DNA of 4,797 nucleotides from a virus (Duplodnaviria; Heunggongvirae; Uroviricota; Caudoviricetes): IMG/VR virus record IMGVR_UViG_2124908012_000287; one strand, 5' to 3'. Shown piece by piece: positions 1 to 4,797 of this stretch (position 1 is its first letter; each line of letters starts with the position of its first letter). The notes under the pieces were generated by a model. It saw only the letters and a program-made list of their open reading frames with translations, ran no database searches and was not told where the DNA came from. The position numbers and the translations under genes were made by a program.

Positions 1-109
1 CGGGAACTAAATCCCCTTTCCAGCTATAAAGCGAAGCCAAACGAATACCTGCTGCTTGTGCAAGTTTTGTTTTTGAACCGAAATACAAAAGAGCGTCAGT
101 TTTAAGCAT
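1..109 (-). CDS. dicC: Cro-like helix-turn-helix regulator, 5' portion only (first 36 codons); the gene continues past the left edge of the window
   Basis: Minus-strand ATG at 109..107 preceded by an AGGTG Shine-Dalgarno with a 6-nt spacer. Translation MLKTDALLYFGSKTKLAQAAGIRLASLYSWKGDLVP contains a Cro-type HTH (SKTKLAQAAGIRLASLYSW). It is divergent from the repressor gene, as in cI/cro-type immunity regions. Below the ORF-track size cutoff and truncated by the window. Confidence 0.6.
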   Translation of the reverse strand, partial: MLKTDALLYFGSKTKLAQAAGIRLASLYSWKGDLVP

Positions 110-126
110 TTAAAACACCTTTATTG

Positions 127-140
127 TTAGTCATAACTAA
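127..140. promoter_or_regulatory. Palindromic operator candidate TTAGTCATAACTAA (TTAG-N6-CTAA) in the dicC-dicA divergent control region
   Basis: Inverted repeat with 4-bp perfect arms, located between the two divergent start codons. It shares the 10-mer TGTTAGTCAT with the site at 671..680. A related palindrome TTAGCTAA sits at 183..190, just before the dicA ATG. Confidence 0.4.
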
Positions 141-192
141 CAAGATAGATGTTAACAAAAACATAGTCAATACGATTTAGCATTAGCTAACT

Positions 193-600
193 ATGGAAAC
201 AAAAAATTTAACTATCGGCGAACGCATCAGGTATCGTCGGAAAAACCTCAAACACACCCAAAGGTCTCTTGCTAAAGCCCTGAAAATCTCCCATGTGTCT
301 GTATCACAATGGGAACGGGGTGATAGTGAACCTACAGGGAAGAACCTTTTTGCCCTCAGTAAAGTATTGCAATGCTCACCAACATGGATTCTATTTGGCG
401 ATGAAGACAAGCAACCAACACCACCTGTTGAGAAGCCAGTTGCCTTATCCCCCAAAGAACTAGAGCTCCTTGAGCTGTTTAATGCACTGCCAGAATCAGA
501 ACAGGATACCCAGCTCGCCGAAATGCGAGCTCGAGTAAAAAACTTCAATAAACTCTTTGAAGAATTACTAAAAGCCCGTCAGCGGACAAATAAAAGATAA
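193..600 (+). CDS. dicA: Phage-type repressor, HTH_XRE/Cro-C1 family (135 aa)
   Basis: ORF-track ORF 193..600. The N-terminal 65 aa carry a classic Cro/C1 HTH (QRSLAKALKISHVSVSQWERG) followed by a helical C-terminal half. Length and sequence match my recollection of DicA of the Qin prophage. No obvious Shine-Dalgarno upstream of the ATG, so the RBS is weak or the message is near-leaderless. Confidence 0.85.
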   Translation: METKNLTIGERIRYRRKNLKHTQRSLAKALKISHVSVSQWERGDSEPTGKNLFALSKVLQCSPTWILFGDEDKQPTPPVEKPVALSPKELELLELFNALPESEQDTQLAEMRARVKNFNKLFEELLKARQRTNKR

Positions 601-660
601 CATCATCAATGAGTTATCTTTTACCACATCAATTATGTTAGCTATAGCATACAAAATCAC

Positions 661-689
661 TTGACCGATATGTTAGTCATGGCTAATCT
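661..689 (+). promoter_or_regulatory. Sigma70-like promoter for the rightward ydfA-dicB operon (TTGACC, 17-bp spacer, TAATCT), with an embedded operator-like palindrome at 673..686
   Basis: -35 TTGACC at 661..666 and -10 TAATCT at 684..689 with a 17-bp spacer. The spacer and -10 contain TTAGTCATGGCTAA (TTAG-N6-CTAA), a near copy of the site at 127..140. Position fits a repressor-controlled promoter immediately downstream of dicA. Confidence 0.5.
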
Positions 690-766
690 TGTTTGCATCA
701 ACACACCGCACGGTGTTCTCAGCAAACAGTTCCGCTACCCCAGCGTTAAGGGGAAATGAGGTCAGC

Positions 767-922
767 ATGGATACTATCGATCTTGGCAACAACGAATCTC
801 TGGTGTACGGCGTGTTTCCAAACCAGGACGGCACGTTCACCGCAATGACGTATACCAAAAGCAAAACGTTTAAAACCGAAAATGGTGCCCGTCGCTGGCT
901 GGAAAGAAACTCAGGTGAGTGA
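767..922 (+). CDS. ydfA: Small hypothetical protein (51 aa), first gene of the rightward operon
   Basis: ATG at 767 with a GAGG Shine-Dalgarno 5 nt upstream; in frame with ORF-track ORF 689..922. Translation MDTIDLGNNESLVYGVFPNQDGTFTAMTYTKSKTFKTENGARRWLERNSGE. Length matches my memory of K-12 YdfA (51 aa). Confidence 0.75.
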   Translation: MDTIDLGNNESLVYGVFPNQDGTFTAMTYTKSKTFKTENGARRWLERNSGE

Positions 923-923
923 T

Positions 924-1052
924 ATGGATTTCGACACAATCATGGAAAAGGCTTACGAAGAATACTTCGAAGGCCTTGCCGAAGGCGAAGAAGCTCTCAG
1001 CTTCAGTGAGTTTAAACAGGCGCTTTCCAGTTCGGCAAAATCTAACGGCTGA
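924..1052 (+). CDS. ydfB: Small acidic protein (42 aa, net charge about -7), function unknown
   Basis: ATG at 924, one nucleotide after the ydfA stop (TGA 920..922), with an AGGTGA Shine-Dalgarno at 913..918. Translation MDFDTIMEKAYEEYFEGLAEGEEALSFSEFKQALSSSAKSNG. Not in the ORF track because it is below the size cutoff. Length matches K-12 YdfB (42 aa). Confidence 0.7.
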   Translation: MDFDTIMEKAYEEYFEGLAEGEEALSFSEFKQALSSSAKSNG

Positions 1053-1081
1053 TAAGCGAAACAGCACCGCGAGGAATCAGT

Positions 1082-1300
1082 ATGCAGAAACGAGAACCCG
1101 TCATCATCGCGCCAGACTATACCGATGATGAACTTTATGAGTGGATGCGCCAGAAAATTAATGCAGCGCAGGATCTGAAATGGGCTAATGAAGCCAGGGC
1201 TAAGCAGGCTGAAAATCTGTCCGCTCTGGAGCAGGATATCACCAATCTGGAAAAAGCAGCGGCATTAAGCATTGCCAGAATGATTACATACCCGCGTTAG
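1082..1300 (+). CDS. ydfC: Small helical protein (72 aa), function unknown
   Basis: ORF-track ORF 1082..1300. GAGGA Shine-Dalgarno at 1071..1075 with a 6-nt spacer to the ATG. Translation is predicted to be helical or coiled-coil-like. Length matches K-12 YdfC (72 aa). Confidence 0.75.
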   Translation: MQKREPVIIAPDYTDDELYEWMRQKINAAQDLKWANEARAKQAENLSALEQDITNLEKAAALSIARMITYPR

Positions 1301-1640
1301 TAGCTAATCAACAAAGCTAAGGTTAGTAATTAAGGAGTTCTCCACGGGTGAGGTGGAGTGCGTGCGCCGGACACGGGTGCGCATCCGGAACTGACAGTTT
1401 ACTGAAAGGATATTTCCCTGAAAAGTCAGACCATAACGCGAAAGCGCATGGCGAGGTAGCTGGTTCATAGATAGCCTGTCGTTAAATTTTCGTCGACCGT
1501 GCGCTTCCGGTTGTGGCAACCCGCGAAATGGCGCGGCGGTAAGTATGGCGGGGTTATTCCTTCCCCGTTGAGGACACCGGGTTGTCAGGTTGACCATACG
1601 CTTAAGTGACAACCCCGCTGCAACGCCCTCTGTTATCAAT

Positions 1641-1693
1641 TTTCTGGTGACGTTTGGCGGTATCAGTTTTACTCCGTGACTGCTCTGCCGCCC
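1641..1693 (+). ncRNA. dicF: DicF small regulatory RNA (about 53 nt), which base-pairs with ftsZ mRNA
   Basis: Sequence TTTCTGGTGACGTTTGGCGGTATCAGTTTTACTCCGTGACTGCTCTGCCGCCC followed by a T5 run matches my recollection of DicF. It lies in an ORF-free stretch between ydfC and dicB, as expected for the processed operon RNA. Exact 5' end is uncertain by a few nucleotides. Confidence 0.75.
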
Positions 1694-1698
1694 TTTTT
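1656..1698 (+). terminator. Intrinsic terminator-like hairpin plus U-run forming the 3' end of DicF
   Basis: GGCGG at 1656..1660 pairs with CCGCC at 1688..1692 (imperfect extended stem GGCGGUAUCAG / CUGCUCUGCCGCC), followed by TTTTT at 1694..1698. The loop is long, so termination is probably partial, allowing read-through into dicB. Confidence 0.5.
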
Positions 1699-1867
1699 AA
1701 AGTGAATTTTGTGATGTGGTGAATGCGGCTGAGCGCACGCGGAACAGTTAAAACCAAAAACAGTGTTATGGGTGGATTCTCTGTATCCGGCGTTAATTGT
1801 TAACTGGTTAACGTCACCTGGAGGCACCAGGCACTGCATCACAAAATTCATTGTTGAGGACGCGATA

Positions 1868-2056
1868 ATGAAAACGTTATTACCAAACGTTAATACGTCT
1901 GAAGGTTGTTTTGAAATTGGTGTCACTATCAGTAACCCAGTATTTACTGAAGATGCCATTAACAAGAGAAAACAAGAACGGGAGCTATTAAATAAAATAT
2001 GCATTGTTTCAATGCTGGCTCGTTTACGTCTGATGCCAAAAGGATGTGCACAATGA
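1868..2056 (+). CDS. dicB: Cell-division inhibitor DicB (62 aa)
   Basis: ATG at 1868 with a GAGGA Shine-Dalgarno at 1856..1860 (7-nt spacer); in frame with ORF-track ORF 1763..2056. Translation MKTLLPNVNTSEGCFEIGVTISNPVFTEDAINKRKQERELLNKICIVSMLARLRLMPKGCAQ. Length and sequence match my memory of DicB. Confidence 0.8.
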   Translation: MKTLLPNVNTSEGCFEIGVTISNPVFTEDAINKRKQERELLNKICIVSMLARLRLMPKGCAQ

Positions 2057-2244
2057 ATTCAGCATTTGTGCTTGTTCTGACAGTTTTTCTTGTTTCCGGA
2101 GAGCCAGTTGATATTGCAGTCAGTGTTCACAGGACAATGCAGGAGTGTATGACTGCAGCAACCGAACAGAAAATTCCCGGTAACTGTTACCCGGTCGATA
2201 AAGTTATTCACCAGGATAATATCGAAATCCCGGCAGGTCTTTAA
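2053..2244 (+). CDS. ydfD: Small hydrophobic N-terminus protein, YebW/DUF1482-like (63 aa); reported as a lysis protein of Qin
   Basis: ATG at 2053 overlaps the dicB stop (ATGA overlap); in frame with ORF-track ORF 1999..2244. Translation MNSAFVLVLTVFLVSGEPVDIAVSVHRTMQECMTAATEQKIPGNCYPVDKVIHQDNIEIPAGL has a hydrophobic N-terminal segment and two Cys, and aligns by eye with YebW (VDI.V.V, T.Q.C, CxP motifs). Confidence 0.75.
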   Translation: MNSAFVLVLTVFLVSGEPVDIAVSVHRTMQECMTAATEQKIPGNCYPVDKVIHQDNIEIPAGL

Positions 2245-2336
2245 AACAGTTCCGTAATAAATATCCGGTTTCATTCTTATATGCCAGCAATGGCAGGGAT
2301 TTGTTCATCCTTAAATCTGTCATGAGGTTAAAACAA

Positions 2337-3257
2337 ATGAGTAAAGTCTTTATTTGCGCCGCTATTCCTGACGAACTGGCAACAAGGGAAGAAGGCGCTG
2401 TGGCTGTAGCCACAGCCATTGAAGCTGGCGACGAACGCCGTGCTCGAGCAAAATTTCACTGGCAATTCCTGGAACATTATCCGGCTGCTCAGGACTGCGC
2501 TTATAAATTTATTGTCTGCGAGGATAAACCTGGCATACCCCGCCCTGCCCTCGATTCATGGGATGCTGAATATATGCAGGAAAACCGCTGGGATGAGGAG
2601 TCTGCTTCTTTTGTCCCGGTTGAGACTGAATCCGATCCGATGAACGTCACTTTTGACAAGCTGGCCCCTGAAGTACAGAACGCTGTCATGGTTAAGTTCG
2701 ACACATGTGAAAACATCACCGTTGATATGGTTATTAGCGCACAGGAATTGTTGCAGGAAGACATGGCAACATTCGACGGACATATCGTTGAAGCGTTGAT
2801 GAAAATGCCAGAAGTTAACGCCATGTATCCGGAGCTTAAGTTGCACGCCATTGGGTGGGTTAAGCATAAATGTATTCCTGGTGCTAAATGGCCCGAAATT
2901 CAGGCAGAGATGCGCATCTGGAAAAAACGTCGCGAAGGTGAACGCAAGGAAACCGGAAAATACACGTCTGTTGTTGATCTCGCCCGCGCCAGAGCCAATC
3001 AACAGTACACTGAAAATTCAACAGGAAAAATCAGCCCGGTCATTGCTGCCATTCATCGCGAATACAAGCAGACATGGAAAACACTGGATGACGAACTGGC
3101 CTATGGGCGCTGCTTCGCAGACAGGCAGAACTTGATGGTATGCCTGCGATCAATGCCAAACGTGTTTACCGGATCATGCGCCAGAATGCGCTGTTGCTTG
3201 AGCGAAAACCTGCTGTACCGCCATCGAAACGGGCACATACAGGCAGAGTGGCCGTGA
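2337..3257 (+). pseudogene. ydfE: Function-unknown prophage protein; native coding sequence 2337 to about 3103, then 51 codons read out of frame through IS2 DNA to a stop at 3257 (306-codon chimeric ORF)
   Basis: ORF-track ORF 2301..3257 (the track starts at a TTG). The preferred start is ATG 2337, with a GAGG Shine-Dalgarno 9 nt upstream. From about 3104 the DNA is IS2 insD sequence in a different frame, so the tail ([18 protein letters not shown]...) is not native. The 306-aa length matches the K-12 YdfE annotation, which therefore includes the IS2-derived tail. Confidence 0.65.
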
Positions 3258-3796
3258 AAGAAAGCAATCAGCGATGGTGCTCTGACGGGTTCGAGTTCTG
3301 CTGTGATAACGGAGAGAGACTGCGTGTCACGTTCGCGCTGGACTGCTGTGATCGTGAGGCACTGCACTGGGCGGTCACTACCGGCGGCTTCAACAGTGAA
3401 ACAGTACAGGACGTCATGCTGGGAGCGGTGGAACGCCGCTTCGGCAACGATCTTCCGTCGTCTCCAGTGGAGTGGCTGACGGATAATGGTTCATGCTACC
3501 GGGCTAATGAAACACGCCAGTTCGCCCGGATGTTGGGACTTGAACCGAAGAACACGGCGGTGCGGAGTCCGGAGAGTAACGGAATAGCAGAGAGCTTCGT
3601 GAAAACGATAAAGCGTGACTACATCAGTATCATGCCCAAACCAGACGGGTTAACGGCAGCAAAGAACCTTGCAGAGGCGTTCGAGCATTATAACGAATGG
3701 CATCCGCATAGTGCGCTGGGTTATCGCTCGCCACGGGAATATCTGCGGCAGCGGGCTTGTAATGGGTTAAGTGATAACAGATGTCTGGAAATATAG
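3104..3796 (+). pseudogene. insD: IS2 transposase InsD, 5'-truncated (C-terminal ~230 of 301 aa retained, including most of the catalytic region)
   Basis: Recognised from the InsD protein sequence. There is no start codon with an RBS for the native N-terminus, and the upstream insC gene and the programmed frameshift region are absent. Confidence 0.85.
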
Positions 3797-3807
3797 GGGC
3801 AAATCCA
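3104..3807 (+). mobile_element. IS2 fragment: 3' ~700 bp only (about positions 628..1331 of the 1331-bp element), with an intact right inverted repeat; the left repeat, insC and the insD N-terminus are missing
   Basis: The 218-aa ORF-track ORF 3140..3796 matches the C-terminal part of the IS2 transposase InsD ([24 protein letters not shown]...[31 protein letters not shown]). In-frame homology extends upstream to about 3104 ([12 protein letters not shown]). The 3' terminal sequence ...GTCTGGAAATATAGGGGCAAATCCA is the IS2 right end. Confidence 0.85.
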
Positions 3808-4797
3808 GGGTTCTTGTCCCATGATGTTCAAAACTGTCAATATCCTGCATTGTTAGCGTAGCGCCACTGCCAATTTCCAGCAAAGCTTTATCCTGTACCC
3901 GAATAACCCCGGCAAACCCCAGAGGGAATTCTCCGCTGATTGTCGTATCTCCATTCAGATATACCGACGACTCACCACTAACGACAATAACGCTGGTATA
4001 ACTATATCCTGTGCGCAAGGAAGTAACCTGCGACCCATCTGCAAGCGCGTTTTTCTCTCCAATCAGTTCAAGTCCACCATTCATATTAACGGTATTGCCA
4101 TCGCCAATCACAACCAGACCTGACGTTTTCTCTGCGCTGCCATCAAATAAATTACTCTGACGAGAAGTAACCTCACTGTCTGATACAACAGTTAACTTTC
4201 CATCCAGCGTCACGTTATTATCACTGCCGTAAACGTTGATACCCACGGATGGATCGAAGAAATATTCCGCCGCATTGTCTGCGGTTTTATCCTTATCAAC
4301 CAGAACGTTACCAGTGATATTCACTGTATTCGCATCGCCAGAAACGTTTATGCCCGTCGCTTTCTGCCCGACCACTTTTAGATCTTTTGCCGCCAGCGTC
4401 ACGCTGTTATTGTTGCCATTAAGATCTACCCCGGTCGAGAAATCGCCAACCTGCATACTGCCTGCCAGCGAAACCTTCCCACTGTTGGTTGTGATGCTGA
4501 ACCCTGTCGCTTCATTGCTAACGTTAACATCACCCGTATTGGATACTGTTGCCCCCTCACCGTTGATGAGCACGCCAATCGATCCAGTATCGGAAACAAC
4601 AATATCTCCTTTGTTGTTAACCGTGCCGTTGTCACCAATGTTCTCAACACCATGCGCACCGCCTGTAACAGTCAGGCTACCATCCAGATTTACAATGCCG
4701 ATATTGCCCGCGATTTTGGTACCCGTGGAATCTTTTCCATCAACAGTGGTTTTTCCACTGTTATTCGCGGTGGCGTCGTTACCGTTGATCTGAGTGC
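3767..4797 (-). pseudogene. Repeat-rich putative adhesin or autotransporter-passenger-like protein (beta-helix-type G/N/T/V/S repeats); the 5' end lies beyond the window and the 3' end is truncated by the IS2 right end
   Basis: The minus-strand frame is open from the window edge (4797) to a stop at 3767..3769, with no stop upstream of the GTG that the ORF track used as a start. Translation shows recurring xGxNTVxxNGxL-type units (NVSGDANTVNITGNVLV, VYGSDNNVTLDGKLTV, VIGDGNTVNMNGGLEL). The last 13 codons and the stop ([13 protein letters not shown]) are encoded by IS2 DNA between 3770 and 3807, so the native C-terminus, including any beta-barrel, is missing. Confidence 0.6.

Noticed and set aside
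183-548. 121-aa minus-strand ORF antisense to dicA
   Set aside because: It fully overlaps a well-supported HTH repressor gene on the opposite strand, and its composition (Ser/Arg-rich) is not protein-like.
673-1128. ORF-track ORFs 673..939(-), 870..1067(-) and 919..1128(+) overlapping ydfA and ydfB
   Set aside because: These are alternative-frame or antisense readings of the ydfA-ydfB region. The genes with Shine-Dalgarno sequences and coupled starts (767, 924) explain the coding signal.
1296-1337. Additional TTAG/CTAA palindromes (TTAGTAGCTAA, CTAAGGTTAG) right after the ydfC stop as further operator sites
   Set aside because: The spacing differs from the TTAG-N6-CTAA sites at the two promoters, and short AT-rich palindromes of this kind are expected by chance, so I am not calling them operators.
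1301-1860. Retron msr-msd, riboswitch or CRISPR array in the long non-coding stretch
   Set aside because: There is no reverse transcriptase or cas gene, no regularly spaced direct repeats, and no recognisable riboswitch core motif (I looked for a B12 box). DicF plus processing structure accounts for the region more simply.
1304-2004. Minus-strand ORFs 1304..1639 and 1669..2004 (111 aa each)
   Set aside because: They lie antisense to the structured spacer, DicF and dicB; they are Arg/Ser-rich with no RBS, so I treat them as non-coding.
1763-2056. Upstream extensions of dicB (from 1763) and ydfD (from 1999) suggested by the ORF track
   Set aside because: The extended N-termini lack ribosome-binding sites and run through DicF-proximal spacer. 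The internal ATGs at 1868 and 2053 have good Shine-Dalgarno sequences and give the expected 62- and 63-aa products.
2301-2336. TTG (2301) or ATG (2322) as the ydfE start
   Set aside because: Neither has a Shine-Dalgarno; ATG 2337 has a GAGG 9 nt upstream.
2419-3135. Overlapping ORFs inside ydfE (2419..2643+, 2851..3135+, 2501..2851-, 2556..3002-)
   Set aside because: They are nested in other frames of a longer gene and have low-complexity, hydrophobic or Ser/Cys-rich translations, so they are likely spurious.
4236-4793. 185-aa plus-strand Pro/Ser/Thr/Leu-rich ORF, and minus-strand ORF 4426..4659
   Set aside because: They are antisense or alternative-frame readings of the repetitive adhesin-like gene; repeat DNA commonly gives open frames on several strands.

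Overview
This window reads as the immunity and cell-division-inhibition region of a Qin-type defective lambdoid prophage of Escherichia coli, ending in an IS2-scarred junction. Gene names are assigned from memory of the K-12 proteins and their lengths; no database search was run. From left to right: the 5' part of a Cro-like gene (dicC, minus strand), the divergent repressor gene dicA, then a rightward operon ydfA-ydfB-ydfC, a ~340-bp GC-rich untranslated spacer, the small RNA DicF with its terminator hairpin, dicB (division inhibitor) and ydfD (small hydrophobic protein, YebW-like). Next is ydfE, whose native reading frame is broken at about 3104 by the internal breakpoint of a 5'-truncated IS2 copy (only the 3' ~700 bp remains, with the C-terminal two thirds of insD and the right inverted repeat). 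On the minus strand, abutting the IS2 right end, is a 3'-truncated gene for a Gly/Asn/Thr/Val-rich repeat protein that looks like an adhesin or autotransporter passenger, and which runs off the right edge of the window. I do not see a clearly novel multi-gene system. The points most worth follow-up are the repeated TTAG-N6-CTAA operator candidates at both promoters, the structured spacer upstream of DicF with a possible small ORF, the function-unknown small proteins (YdfA, acidic YdfB, YdfC), and the two IS2-associated truncations.
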